Below are positions 1-12,826 of a DNA stretch of 64,000 bases, one piece after another. Every line of letters begins with the position of its first letter. The stretch's first letter is position 1. The position numbers were made by a program, and so were the translations under genes. Source of the stretch: Kondoa subrosea (taxonomy: Eukaryota); NCBI GenBank assembly GCA_039545335.1, contig BCIN01000003.1, forward strand, positions 744,001 to 808,000. Direction: 5' to 3'. Under the pieces are notes generated by a model. The model worked only from the letters and a program-made list of their open reading frames with translations. It searched no databases and was not told the origin of the DNA.

Positions 1-480
1 CTTTTTGGCTTCTTCAGTCATTACCGCTAGGTACGGGGTCAATGACATCTATCAGACTAGTACTGATTTTGGTATCATCTCTTGTACAGACAAGGAGGTT
101 CATCTGTATTCCAGGTTCGATTACTGGTCTTGCTTGTTGAGGACAGCAGCTGACATTCTTCTCAAAGATCACACTACACAAGAACGTGAGTCTTATTGTG
201 ACACTTTCGCTGGCCATAACTGAATTCGTTTGAACAGTTAAACGCGTATCACCGAATTCAAGGTGTACCATCACACAGCTCGATCCATATTCCCAAAAAG
301 GAGGGCGTACAGTCAGTAATATCTCGTGCCAGGCTCGTTCATAGCTGAGGATTCTTGATATTCTGACAGGCTCGTTGGACAATCAGTGACATTGTAGATT
401 CAAAACGGATAGAAGTGAAGGCATCAGGGAAACTATAGAGGAGATTAGAGTCGCTTTCGCAAGCACAACAAAAGCATGTC
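1..480 (-). CDS. 5' part of an unidentified multi-exon gene running off the window
   Basis: A series of minus-strand donor/branch/acceptor signals with short exons; product not recognised. Confidence 0.3.
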
Positions 481-578
481 TAATGCAAGCTCGAAGCGCT
501 GAGCGTTTCGTTAAATTTCCACGACACTCTTGATCTGCTACATCCGCTACCCTTAGCTGAATACCTCTTCAAGACAGC

Positions 579-1060
579 ATGAATACCTGCAGAACACTTC
601 GCTCGTTTCCTAAACAGCAATCTCTGCCCCTAGCTTGTCACAGGTCAGTGCATTCTGCAGATAAAGATGTCAAGGCATATCTTACTCGCACGATGCATAT
701 GACAGACCTGCTTCTACTCAAGCTACTCCAATAAGACCGAACGCCGCGCCTCAACCATCGAAGCAGAAGAAGGAGCCTTCAAGGCATAGACTGGTCTACA
801 CGGTCAGTTGATGCAGCTGAGTTCCTGCACTGCGTGCTCAATACACCATGTAGGAATTTGCTCCAGCTATCATCAGCGCTCTAGCAATAGGCAGCATTGT
901 GTATATCGGCCTCGAATTGGCTCAGAACCGCTTAGAACTTCGGTATACCAAACAAGATTACGAAGCTCAAGTCGCTAAGCTGGAGAGTGAATTAAGTTCT
1001 GTACAATCACCTGCTACTCAATCAACATCGCAGAAGAAATCCTCTTGGTGGCCTTTCTAG
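579..1060 (+). CDS. Small mitochondrial inner-membrane protein (Ina17/Ina22-like), 3 exons
   Basis: Manual splicing gives an R/S-rich N-terminus, then KEPSRHRLVYT|EFAPAIISALAIGSIVYIGLELAQNRL, a coiled coil and SSWWPF*. One TM segment. Family assignment is from memory of fungal proteins. Confidence 0.55.
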
Positions 1061-2041
1061 ACAGAAGACCAAACTTGCTGCAATCCGAGTATGGCACTTG
1101 CGAAGCCTGTCAATGCTCTCACAGATTCGCTGCCTCTTCTAATCTCTAACACATCGTATGCTATCAATTCAAACGATCAGAAATTAAGCGATAGAAGGTT
1201 GAATCGACAGACCAGCAAAGATCGTATCACAACCATGCATGATTCTCATCCACCAAACCCTTCTCTCCTTTGCTTTCAGCGCGATCAAATCATTCCTACA
1301 TTTCCTACTCTTCTCTTCCCCTTCTAAATCACCTTTAACAGTATTGACTTGTTCCTCCAACAAAATCCTTCGAATCGCTTTACCCTTCCTTTCCGATACT
1401 TGCAATTCTACATGACAAGAATACAATTTAGTCAAAGAAAGCAACAACCAAGTTGAATCGGAATAGAAATCCGCTCTTCTTCTCCATTGGATCAATTTCT
1501 CATTTTGGATGGGTAAAGTCAAAAGCAAAAAATAAGCATCGTCAGCCAAGGCGTTCAGATATATTAGAGTCAATTGCAAGAGGGAATTAAAGGTGAATAG
1601 TTGAGGCTTGGATGGTGGATGTAGTAAGAAGTAGATGGTTTGATAAAGGGTGTTGGCTTTCCGTGAAAGGGAGAGGAAGGAGACTAGCAGGAGAAGGTTT
1701 GGAGTACGACGACGAGAGGGAGAAGGGTTGAAGTAGATGTAAAGGCGAAGGGAGTATTGAATCGCTCGCTGGTCAAACAGTCAGGCTGGAATTCGAAGTG
1801 AAGAAGGGTTGAAAGGCTTAGCGTACAATGAGCTTTTCTCGACCTCGAGCTTGAGATAACAGCAGCTGTAAGGTTAGATCTGGGCGAGGCGTAGGTCGAG
1901 GCGTAGCTGGAACATACTGTAATGCAATTCAGATTTTATTCGTGCCGCTTTCTACACTTTGGCTCATGGACGGCTCACTGTGCTCCTTATGGACGACGGT
2001 CTCTCTACCACGCTCTCACTGACAGCTTTAGTGTCTAGCAT
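1057..2041 (-). CDS. Peroxin Pex11-family protein, 4 exons
   Basis: Spliced product has GREKLI|RAIQYSLRL (Pex11 GRDK..R..QY motif), LSLSRK, ADDAYFL, RADFYSDSTWLL and a C-terminal hydrophobic helix TGFASAILGLQQVW. Confidence 0.75.
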
Positions 2042-2090
2042 TGCTCGTTGCGAATCAACGCTAAAACTAGGCTTGACCACAAACCATTGA

Positions 2091-2593
2091 ATGTTTCGAG
2101 TCCCTTCTCTACCAGCTCCTCCATCAAATGGTGCTTCCGAGTTGCTCTCACCGAAACTCGAGTCCTCTGCGTCATCAGCAACAGGTTCAAGCGATGGAAA
2201 TCCAATCAGACCTTTTGAAGCTCATTTGCTTCGACCATTCATAGCGAGAACTTTGCAGCAGAAACTAGGAAGCCTAAGACAGTATGAGCCGAGTAGTGTG
2301 AAGACTTTGAGTCAGGAAATATGCAAAGCGGTCAAGGGGAGGTGTATCGAATTGGCACCGAAAGGCTTCAAGTTTGTTGTCCTGGTTAATATACAGCAGA
2401 ACGTATCGTAAGTCGGTCATGCTACTTGGTAAGCATGTGCTTATCCTGTAGATGATGGATTTACAGTCAGGCTGGAAGAGCTGATGCTGCTAGTCATTGG
2501 GACGCGAACTCAGATCAGATGGTCCAGGAATCCTTTCAGAACGACGTGGTTATCGCTTCCTTGACGGCATTGGCAATTCGAGTGGCTTATTAA
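2091..2593 (+). CDS. Dynein light chain, Tctex-1 family
   Basis: YEPSSVKTLSQEIC...FKFVVLVNIQQ, then after one intron GRADAASHWDANSD...FQNDVVIASLTALAI; these are Tctex-1 motifs. Confidence 0.85.
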
Positions 2594-3080
2594 TCAGATC
2601 AAGGTGGACAGGAAGATGTTTACTACTCTGGCTCGATTCTTACTGCACTCAGATCCTTGTTCATCTGTCTATATATCCTCTACAGTATCCTCAGTCTGAA
2701 CCAACGTCGCTTGAACTCCAATACCAAAAGAGCAACATCGAGAAGAGAAAGTCCAGAAGCACATTTAACCGCACTCAACGCGTCGCTTCTGCAAGCCATT
2801 CAAAGGCCTGCTCCGACCAGATGTCTACTCGCAAGCCATCGTCTCAAATTTCGTTGCAAGATTTGGCACAGTTCTCAACTTGATTATTCAGAGCACATGA
2901 AGTCGACGCGATTGCACAGTGAGTATGTAATGTAGGCCGGGAGATTGTGCGTTTGAGCTTTGGCTCATGCATGCTATCTTCTCGCTACAGGATTTGGCAT
3001 GTCAGTGCGGGCGGCCAGGACATGCCACAAGCGGTCCTTGAAATCCGTGCATTTCTCAAGTACCGTTCAGCGCTGGATAA

Positions 3081-3974
3081 CTAGCGTCTACCTTGGTTCA
3101 CTAAGCTATCTACAAACGTTTTGAAGTCTTCAAACACCTCACATTCCCCTTCAACCTTCTGTTCATCGTCTTGTCTGTACTTTCCGGTCTTCACCAAAAC
3201 CTTCTTCATGCCTAAATTCTCTCCACCTAAATCCTGTACTGCATCATCTCCTATCACAGCAACTTCTTCCGCCTGCAGACCCAGTGAAGCCAAACACATT
3301 TCGAAAAACTTCTTGCTCGGTTTACCCACTACTTCCGCTTGCTTGCCACTAGCTTTCTCCAACATATCTACGAACCCTCCTGGACCCAAACTCAATTCAC
3401 CATCTGAAGATCGATAATACATTGCTTTATGAGTTGCGATCAAGCGAGTTCCTGGTTGTAAGAGAAGACGATGGGCTCTGTTGAGATCGGAGTAGGAATA
3501 TTGAGAGAGACCGATCAGGACTGAATCCTTGTTCGAAGAAGGGTAGGAAGGGAAATCCGTTTGAGCAGAAGGAGAAAGTAAAAGCATTGGACTATATATA
3601 AAGGTGAGTCCACGGAGAGGCGATAAGATGAGGAATGGAAAGACTGACTTGAGGTTCTCAGATTCAATTAGGCTCACAGCGGAAGAAAGGGAAGTGAAAA
3701 GGTGATCTGGATTGATTTTGAAGCCTATCCGATTTAAGCGCTCATGTAAAGAAGAACGTGATTCTTTTGAAGTGTTGCTGCAAAGTCGATATGGGATCTT
3801 GTGAGTGTCTAGTAGAGCAAGAGCGGAAATCGCATCACGGGTTGCTGTATCTCCGATATGAAGCGTCTGCCTTAGGTCATTAGTGGATGCTGGATTGCAT
3901 GCAGGAGTTAAGATTACGCCTGATAGATCTATCAGTAGTCCTTTGATTGATGCGAAGTCGAAACTTGAAGTCAT
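3081..3974 (-). CDS. HAD-superfamily subclass IIA hydrolase (HDHD2/LHPP-like)
   Basis: LIDLSG..LHIG, SNTSKES, LGPGGFV, VVGKPS, IGDDAVQDLGG and VKTGKYR motifs; the ORF reads through short in-frame introns. Confidence 0.9.
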   Translation of the reverse strand: MTSSFDFASIKGLLIDLSGVILTPACNPASTNDLRQTLHIGDTATRDAISALALLDTHKIPYRLCSNTSKESRSSLHERLNRIGFKINPDHLFTSLSSAVSLIESENLKSVFPFLILSPLRGLTFIYSPMLLLSPSAQTDFPSYPSSNKDSVLIGLSQYSYSDLNRAHRLLLQPGTRLIATHKAMYYRSSDGELSLGPGGFVDMLEKASGKQAEVVGKPSKKFFEMCLASLGLQAEEVAVIGDDAVQDLGGENLGMKKVLVKTGKYRQDDEQKVEGECEVFEDFKTFVDSLVNQGRR

Positions 3975-4457
3975 TGTTGTTTGTCAACTTGTGTCGGCCA
4001 TTGCAAGGACTGTCATACCGCTACATGCAAGCCTCATGCCCGTATTGATATGCGTGCTCTAGTCAGTCTCTGCTGATGTTGGTCTCCCTGCTATGCTCCC
4101 GCTGTCCGGCCTTTGCGACGCGCTCGAACATACATCAGGGTTTTGATTCCCTTGTCGACCTGGCCTCTTTCACCGTCCTGCTGTCATGATGTCAATAAGT
4201 ATCCTAGCTCTTGTTCTGAACGCGTTAAGTTAGTCTTTGGCTATCGAATTATCTTTTGGATCGGCTTGCAAATACCGTTCGAACATCTCGACTCTTAATG
4301 CGCTTGGCAAAAGGATTAATTCTCGCTTTCTTTTGTGCTACCAAAGGCTATCTTAGTCTTGTTGTTCTGTCCTAGCCATCGTGTTTCGTTCTTGATTGGA
4401 TTCATAGGTTGGTCGATAATGCCCTTTACGCCAATTTCAATACTCTAGATCTTCAAC

Positions 4458-6576
4458 ATGTTGCTACTACTGCAACTGTGGCTTGCTGGCTTCTGTACAG
4501 CTGCTGCAACTTACGCTCGCAAGCAACCTACTGTCAAAATCACCGCCTTATCAGGTACCACATTCTTGTAAGTCTGCGCTTTATTGTCGGTCAGAAGTAA
4601 GGCTAATGTGAGAGGCTGATTAGTGGATTAACAAATACTGAAACCAAGATCGATATCTTTGCTGGCATACCTTTTGCGCAAGCACCAGTTGACGATCTTA
4701 GATTGGTCGAACCGATTCCATTCACTTACAATGGTACAGACGTTCAAGCAACTACCTTCAGTCCAGCTTGTATTTCTCCCGCTGCTCCTTCGACAGATAT
4801 AATGGCTTCCCGGATAGACGAAATGTCAGAAGATTGTTTGACACTCAATATCTTCCGTCCAACCGGTACTCGACCTAGTTCAAAATTAGCAGTCATAGTT
4901 TGGATCTATGGCGGTGGATTTATGGGTGGAAGTTCATATAAATACAACCCCACTCAACTTATCAGATCGTCTATCGCACAAGAGGAACCAATCATTTTCG
5001 TCTCCATCAATTACAGAGTTGGGATTCTAGGCTTTGCTAATGGAAGACAAGCTCAGGAAAACAAAGCCACAAATTTGGGATTGCTGGACCAAGAAATGGC
5101 AACGCAATGGGTGATTGATAACATTCAGGCTTTCGGTGGTGATAAAAAGAGGGTTACATTGGCTGGTCAAAGTGCTGGAAGTGTCAGTGTAGCTTGGCAT
5201 CTTTTGAGGAATAGGTCAGTCGAGATTCGCTGAAGTAGAAATTTCAATGTCTTATGCGCTTTGATTATAATGTAGACTACCTATCGCTGGCGCAATACTT
5301 GAGTCTGGCACAGCAAACACGTGCGTGTCGGAAAGATTGTTCTCTGCATTGAGATCGATCTGACCTTGTGTGCACAGTCTGTCAGCGGTCACTCCTCGAG
5401 ACAGACAATCAGTATATGATGCAGCGGCAAACGTAGCTGGATGCCTCGATCCTGCGACATCTTTTGCCTGTCTTCGCGCTTTGCCATTGAAAGATCTTCT
5501 TGCTGCACAAAAGCAATCGAGATTATCCGCTTTTCCTTATGTTCCTGTACGTCAATTCTTTCCCCTTCATTCAATTCGCATACTAAATTTCCACTAGACA
5601 ATCGACGGACGCTTCTTAAGTCGTACTCCAGATGCTATGATGCGTTCAGGTTCATTTCGTAAAGTGGTCAGTCGACTCGTATTTTCCCGCTTTCTAAGAC
5701 TCACCACAACTCATGCTGTAGCCGATTCTGGCTGGTAGCGTTGTGGATGAAGGAACTGCTTTCTTGCCGCATAATCGACTTTATCTCGACAGAACAGATG
5801 ATCAAATCAGGGCTTATCTGAAGAACTTGGTCTACAAATCTTCGGATTCCACAATCGAGAAATTGGTTGCTTCATATTCTGATGCGCCAGCTGCTGGTTC
5901 ACCGCACGGGACTGGCGATAACCTCTTTCGTCAACCTTTGGGATGTGAGTCTGTGCCTATATGTGGGACGAAAGTCGACTGACGGTGGACTATGCAGACA
6001 AGAAGTTTGCCGCCGTTCTTGGAGATGTACTCATGCACGGTCCTGTACGAAGTCTGCTCAAGAAAACTTTGGATCATGGTGTCCCAGCTTTCGGTTATAT
6101 CGTCAGTGTTCCCTGTATTAACAGCTCCAGCGAAACTGAACAGGAATTATTCAGTTCGACGGTGTTAGAACAGCTAATCCCAGTCGTCGTGGAGGTAAGA
6201 TGATTAGGTCGTTCAGCGTGATCAATCTGACTGCTTTCCCAGTCACACATGGCGCGGAACTCAGCTATCTATTCCCGAGTGAAGATACTCTAGACGACCA
6301 GAGGCTACTAGTGCAGCGAATGCATACCTATTGGATCAATTTCATCAATCATCAAGACCCAAATGTATGCAAGTCATGTAACCGTATGTTAAAGAAAATG
6401 CTTTTGCTTAGGTTAGGGCTGATTGAGTGATGGTAGGTCTGAGAGTATGGCCAGAATACAATAATCAGAAACAGCCGATACTCAATATTACGGCGAGTCT
6501 CTCAATGCCAATCGTTCGCAACACATTTAGAAAACAGTCAATCAATTTGATTGCTCGCAACCCGTTGCTAAAGTGA
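4458..6576 (+). CDS. Secreted type-B carboxylesterase/lipase
   Basis: Signal peptide, GIPFAQAP, SEDCLTLNI, WIYGGGF, nucleophile GQSAG, acid DEG and His THGAEL; multi-exon. Confidence 0.92.
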
Positions 6577-6783
6577 ATATAACACATGAATACGGGTTTC
6601 GGAAGGGTAGTGTACATAGATATCTTTCGTTCTTGTCGTTCTCACTGGTTGTAATCGTTTTCGTAAAGCATATTAGAATGTGTTGTACAGTACGGGAGTT
6701 TGCATGTCAATGATTCACTGTGGGCATGTCTGTTCCGCTTTGTATTGACATTGTACATAGATAGACGTAAGGCCCTTTACAAT

Positions 6784-8002
6784 TTACTTGTATGAAGCCT
6801 CCATCTTCTTGTTTGCCGCTTGCACACTTGGTAGAGCTTCAATTCGGTCGACATACTTTGCCAGGTGTTCGAATTTGCCTAGCATAGCTTGAAGGGAACC
6901 GAAATCCATTAAGCGTTCCTGCACGTAATCAGATTAGTAAGAGATTTGTTGCGAGGCGACAATGACAGCTTACCATTCTCAACCAAACGTGAACAGAGAT
7001 ATCTGCGATGGTCAAGCGATCAAGAGCTAAGAATTGACTGCCTGCTTTTTCTTGGCTGGCTCTATAGAAGAATCTTTTTTAGCCAATAAGATTGAGAGGG
7101 CACCTGAAAGAACTCACAGTTGCTTGTCCAAAACATCATAGCTGTACGAACTTCAGTCAGACAAATGTCATATGCTGCAAGTAGACAAGTATTCACAGTC
7201 TCTCGGTCTCATCGCGGAAACGCTTGACGACGCTCTGATTAGCAGCTTCTCCATGAGTCTTCTCATGCTGTTTACAATCTTAGTCTGCAATGCACCACCG
7301 CGAGTCAGAGAAAGCTTACGTAATGCTAAGCAGATCACGATATTCAGCTTCTTCCATTGTTAATACACAGATTTGAACTTTACCTTGAACCAGTTGACGT
7401 TTCCTTGAACGGGACCCAAACCAGACAATTGTAAACATAACCATTGATCAATGGTCGCTTTCTCTTCAGGTGTTTTCCCACCATATTTACCTGCGGAATC
7501 GTATTTGTTGCAAAGGTAGTGCAAGATGGCTCCACTTTCCCAAACGCAGAAGCCCCTGGATGATGAAAGTCAAAGATTGGCACACGCTAAGGAAGTTCAG
7601 AAAGAGAGATGGACGAACTTGTTGTCTTGGTCAACAATAGCAGGTACTGTTCCGTCAAGTTCAGCCAGAGATGAATCAATAGGTGTAATGTGTAAGCTGA
7701 CCTCTTCCATTGGGGTTCAACTATTTACAATCGCATCAACACATGTTTCATTTTAAGAAATGACGCGTTTGCGCGGATCCTGACCTTCATGAATTCTGGA
7801 CTTTTAACACCTTCTGGACCGAATGGAATAGCTTTAACATTGTAATCCAATTTCAGTTCCTCGAGTAGGATAGCTGGTTTGAGAGGGTTTGGTCCAGGCT
7901 TTTGCGAATCAAAGAGAATGGAGTTTGAGAAATGCGCTCGCTGCTTTAATAGAAGACGAAATGACAACTCACACCGGAATGCGCGTAGAGGAGGATACCC
8001 AT
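6784..8002 (-). CDS. Glutathione S-transferase (Ure2/Gst2-like)
   Basis: PGPNPLKPAILLEEL, NPNGR/VPAIVD, WESGAI, DQWL, RYRDETER and LDRLTIADIS across many short exons. Confidence 0.88.
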
Positions 8003-8654
8003 TTTGATCTATCGAAGTGTGTGTGAGAGAGAGAGGGAAGTGAAAGAGGAATGAGCGAATCCTCAAAATGCTGGAGCAGCGAAAGTGTCCGAAGATCAGG
8101 ACCCAGGTTGTAAATTAATAGCCAGAGGATTAGGCGCGACTAGGGTATTTCTACTGATGCAAGCAGACGGAGTGCAGCAACACACAAAGAGGAGAATTGA
8201 TGGTGATACATGTATTACATAAGCGCGAGAACAAGTACATCGTGAACTGAAGCGCAAGATATTACATGCCTAGTCTCGCCTGAGTGGGCTGGGATGGTCT
8301 TCGGCTTCCTGTCAGGCGATCGAAGGCTGAGGTTGGGCTGACGAGCTATCGCTGTAGCATTTTGCCGACTAAAGAATACACCTTGCGAGAAAGTCTCCTT
8401 CAATGTCGGGTTTTCAACGCTTTGGAATGAGCAAATGGTGCTCAGGTAGTAACGCATCTTCATGCCGATCTCGAGGCTTCTAAGCAGAATAGACAGATTA
8501 TTTTGACATAGGTGTTCTTGAGAGACAGCGGAGCGCTTTTCTGTAGATCTACTGACAGCTCTGAGGTCAGTGCCTGAGATCCGACTAATGTATATCGAAG
8601 AGACATACCCATGACTTTCGTGCATAGCTCGACGAATCGACCCTTTTCAACCTC

Positions 8655-9306
8655 TTATGGCACCACTCGTATGCCTGTGGACAATCAAGAGTTGGCATCA
8701 GCGCGAAGCTGAATAGCCGATTCTTGTTACCCACCCATGCTCTTGCAAGTTCCTACGATACTCTTTGACAGAGCTTCCAATCCAATCCCAGACAAATGAT
8801 CGTCCTTCTGCTTGATTTTGGCAATCTCATATATATGCTTGATCGAGACTACTCCCACTTCACCAGCATTAACCAATTTTCCAGCTGGAGGTTCACCAGA
8901 ACCTTGAGTAATACCAGCTGCTTGTTTCAATAGCCAACCAGTTGGAGGAGTTTTGATTACAAAGGAGAAAGTCCGATCTGGATTAACGGTTATGATTACT
9001 GGTGTTGGAGTGAGAGGTTCTAAATGTGCAGTTCGAGCATTGAATTCTTTACAGAAATCCATAGATTTCACTCCTCGTGCTCCTAAAGCTGGTCCAACTG
9101 GTGGTGAAGGTGAGGCTGTATAGTCGAAAGCATAGAAGAAAGTATAAGAGATCGTATAGCATGAGCTGTGATTCAAAGCAGGACTCGCCTTTCCCAGCTG
9201 GTACTGTCAATCTTAGTGAGAACGCAGAATTCAGTCAACCGCTGTGAAGAGTCGTATATAGAATTGACCTGACTGCTTGCGCTACTGTGCTAGCTACTTT
9301 CGACAT
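8655..9306 (-). CDS. MRPL19: Mitochondrial ribosomal protein uL11m
   Basis: [34 protein letters not shown]...[12 protein letters not shown]...GTCKSMGIRVVP*. Confidence 0.93.
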
Positions 9307-9378
9307 TGCTTCCCCTTGTGCAAGACTGATTGGCCGGAGTAGAACAACTTTGTGTATGAATTTTCTTGAACTCAAACG

Positions 9379-10639
9379 ATGTCCAACTTATTAGCTGGTC
9401 CTAGCAAGCGACTCTTTGTCAGTCTACAACGAGCAGCAGCAACAGGAGAAGCTTGTCCTTGCATTTCGCAGCAAAAGCGACGAATTCACAAGAGACCTGC
9501 ATTGCATTTCGATCCATCTGAAGGACTAGAACCTTTCTTGTCTGCTAAAGCTTTGGAAACAATAGGGAAATATCAGGATGGATGTTTAAGTAGGCTCAAC
9601 GATCAAGTGAGAGGTGAGCTTTCTGTAGCAAATACAGGTGTCGATGAATTGCTGATGTCCAAGGTCACTCATAGGGACGCAATGGGAAGCATCGTCCGTT
9701 GTCCAGACGGTCATTGGGACAGCACCAGATCGAAATCAAATTCTAGCTTTCAACTATGCTTCTGATGCATTGAACACTTCATACTTTCTCTCAAAACTTG
9801 TCAGTCGATATTCCCGTCAGCATACATCTGTGATTGTATTTTGACGTGAATCGGTGTGACAGACGAAATCTCCTCAACGAAATTCGATATCAGGGTCAGC
9901 ACCTTCTTTGGAAGCAGCTCTAAGGAAATCGTTTGGTTCCATTACTCAATTCAAACATGCTTTCTCTTCTTCAGCTCTGGGCATGTCAGGATCGGGTTAC
10001 GTGTGGTTAGTGATGGATGATCAGAGCAGGCTAGGGATAGTAGGCACTTATGGTTCTGGAACGGTCTTGGTGCAAAGTCGACAGCAACGAGGTCAATATT
10101 CTGAATTACCTCAAGAACCAAATCATCCTCCTCCTTCCACATCTTCACCAACAGAAGAAGAAGTGAGCGAGTCAAGTGAGATAAAAGAAGATGCATCACC
10201 TTCTGCAGCGGAAACGACTTCCTATAACCCCGAATCATCAACTCCTGAAAACCCTCTTCTGTCTTCTACTAGATCTACGCTTTCTTCAAATACCACAACA
10301 ACAACAACAGGTCCAACAACTCCAAGTCGATCTTTCAATACTCAAGCAGATATAATTCAAGAATTAGATTCCCCTTCCAATCAACCTTCTCCAAGATCTT
10401 CTTCTTCTTCCTCAGCCTCATGCAACAAAACAACTCAAATGCATCCTCTGTTCTGTGTTAGTATGAGAGAACATGCTTGGCTAACAGATTATGGTGTTTG
10501 GGGTCAAGAACCTTATTTGATCAATTTCTGGAAAGTAATCGATTGGCAAAACGTTGGTTTGGTCTATGAACAATTGAGACCAAAAGAATTGGAGAACCCT
10601 TATTCTTTGATTACGGGTATGAAAACTTCAACCTTTTAA
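9379..10639 (+). CDS. Mitochondrial small-subunit ribosomal protein, Fe/Mn-SOD-like fold (mS42/mS43; Rsm26/Mrp1 family)
   Basis: Presequence; GLEPFLSAKAL, FNYASDALN, SFGSITQFK, GSGYVWLV, PLFCVSMREHAWLTDYG and WKVIDW. SOD metal ligands are degenerate. Confidence 0.8.
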
Positions 10640-10801
10640 ACATCAAGGCAAGGGTATGAATGCATTTTTTTGTATGTTAGGAAGAATACATTAGAGAATG
10701 ATAACACGACTTTTGCGTTATTCCGCTTGCTATTGCTGTTGTGATTTCGCTTGAGCTTCGTCATACTGTACAATCCAATCATGGTTGGGCGCTGAATGTG
10801 C

Positions 10802-11574
10802 CTAGCCGTGATAAGGACGCACCCGATCTCTCCATTCTCGGATAGCTGCTTCAGTCGGTACGACACCAGTAGATCCAAGCTCTGTCGATTGGACGAAGGA
10901 ATATCAACCCTAAGCTGAAGATCCCTGTCATTCCACTGACCTTGCATTGCTTTTGTGCGAATCGAGTTATCATGCACTCGCGTTTGCTTTTCAAAACCTT
11001 GTAGGTATTTTTCTGTAATTGATATGAGCAAATATACTCGAGAGACAGATGTGAGAACTCGCCTGCTGTTGTGCTGTGATTTCCAGGTAGCATTAGACAA
11101 CTGTGTCGTCAAAGAGCTCCGGTCACTCACACCATCTACATGTTATTTCAGCAACATAACGACAGTGACAGGAAGAAGCTTACTCCAAAGATAGTAAACC
11201 AACTCGCTCTGTCACGACAGCATTAGCAAGTCAATATCCTGCTTCCGCCGGATGAACTCACAAGAAAGTCTTGCCTGCTAAAGTCTGCCTTTTGACCAAT
11301 GGGAAGGTCAAGTGCAATCCCCAAACGATCACACCGCCTATAAGAGAACCTTTGAGTGCGCCCTGTTACCAAATCTCATTGAGTTGCAAAGCGGTCGTTA
11401 AGAAGCTTTGGGTTATACTTCTATTGCTCCCTTTTTCTACGAGCGCGCAATGAGAAAAGGCTTGATTGTAGGAAAGATAGAGCGTACTTGTAGCTCATAA
11501 GCTATTTCCCGATGCCTCAGAATCCGAGGACTAAACAAAATTGGGTTCTTAGCAATCAGCGATCTTGTCGGCAT
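10802..11574 (-). CDS. Small two-TM conserved fungal protein, about 7-8 exons including 5-nt and 11-nt micro-exons
   Basis: Manual assembly: GALKGSLIGGVIVWGLHLTFPLVKRQTLAGKTFL|ASWFTIFG|MV|TTA|EKYLQGFEKQTRVHDNSIRTKAMQ|ELGSTGVVPTEAAIREWR. Confidence 0.65.
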
Positions 11575-12020
11575 GGAGACGAGCTGACTCTGTTCCGCTG
11601 TATTCTGATTCGTGTGTGATGGCCATTGTCGAAGAGCCTGGGTAGATTTGCTTTGAAGTTGTCGTCGACTGTTGGTTACCAATTATCTTGCAGACATGAA
11701 CAGCCCTTCAGCGCGTGGCTCCTTCATTTTTTGGATCCTGCTAGCGCATGAGCTTACTGCCTATCGCCCGCGGCATAGCTTTGATCAAATAGAAGTTCTC
11801 CATTCACTTTGTAGCAGGTTTCTTGAAATGTTGGCTTTCTGGTCAGCCGCTACTACGCGATAATGTATCGTTGTGGTATCAGCTATTCTTCTAGCTTAAT
11901 ACGCCATTAATCAAATTTCGAAGCAATGCGCCCAACGCGTTCGATTGAGTTGTGCCAAATACTTTCCCTTTCTTTTCTCTCTTTTTCTCTTGTTGTTCTC
12001 TTCTTGTCAACTGCAAAATC

Positions 12021-12826
12021 ATGGCTGAACGAACCTGTAAGGAATGTTATCTATTCGAAGCTGAATTTTGACAAACTTGACTCACAATGACAGATACGCC
12101 CGCAGATGAAGAAGTCCGAGCTTTCATCAAGCAACACACTGAATTGGGCATCGATAAGCTAGTTGCTCAAGCAAAGCTGCAGAATACTCAATGGTGTTTA
12201 TCCACAAAACGTATGCGTCAACTAAAGAATTCAATCAAATCTCCCACAAGCAAGAAATCGGACAAGCTCGTTGGCATCTTGCACTCGAATGGTACTTACT
12301 ATTGCTCTATCAGAGGAGACCTTGGTTTGCATGAAGTGAGATCCTTTCGTTCGGCAGTCTTCAAAGTTGTTTTTAGGCCGCTGTAATACAGGGCCATACT
12401 CCGGTGGTGTCCTTGAAGATTGATGATCTTCATGGTCACGAAGTCGATTGTATTATCAACATCATGCTTATCCCACCTGGCAAAGAATCTTTTCCCTTCA
12501 AATTGACCAAAAGCAACTGGAGTGACGTTCTTTCATGTGCTCTTACTGAAGTCTTTGACCCTATAACTGGTCTCAATTTGATGGGCAAAACTTTCATGGA
12601 TGAAGCTTGGTGCTGCGTGAGATGTGGGAAGCTGGCTACTACTATGATATGGTCATTTTTGGTACCGTCTAGTTTACCTAAGAAAGGAGCAAAGGAAGAG
12701 ATTTATGTTAGATGTCATGTGGTACCTCACTGTGTCGCAATTGAGGCATGTGAAGACAAAGCTGCGGACGTTCTCAAAGAACTTCTAGATGAAGAGCCTC
12801 AAGATAAATTGCATCACCTCTTGTGA
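12021..12826 (+). CDS. Hypothetical protein with Cys-rich putative Zn site
   Basis: Spliced ORFs 12087-12386 and 12404-12826; N-terminal HTELGIDKL...WCLSTKRM and C-terminal CxxCG...PHC...C. Confidence 0.55.

Noticed and set aside
2600..3084. Possible small + gene ending at a CTAG shared with the HAD gene
   Set aside because: No convincing start or protein similarity, and any CTAG gives this pattern.
8215..8625. 136-aa minus-strand ORF with some splice-like signals
   Set aside because: I could not assemble a recognisable or consistent product.
9379..10639. Fe/Mn superoxide dismutase
   Set aside because: Metal ligands are degenerate (SMREHAW instead of DxWEHAY); it fits the SOD-like mitoribosomal family better.
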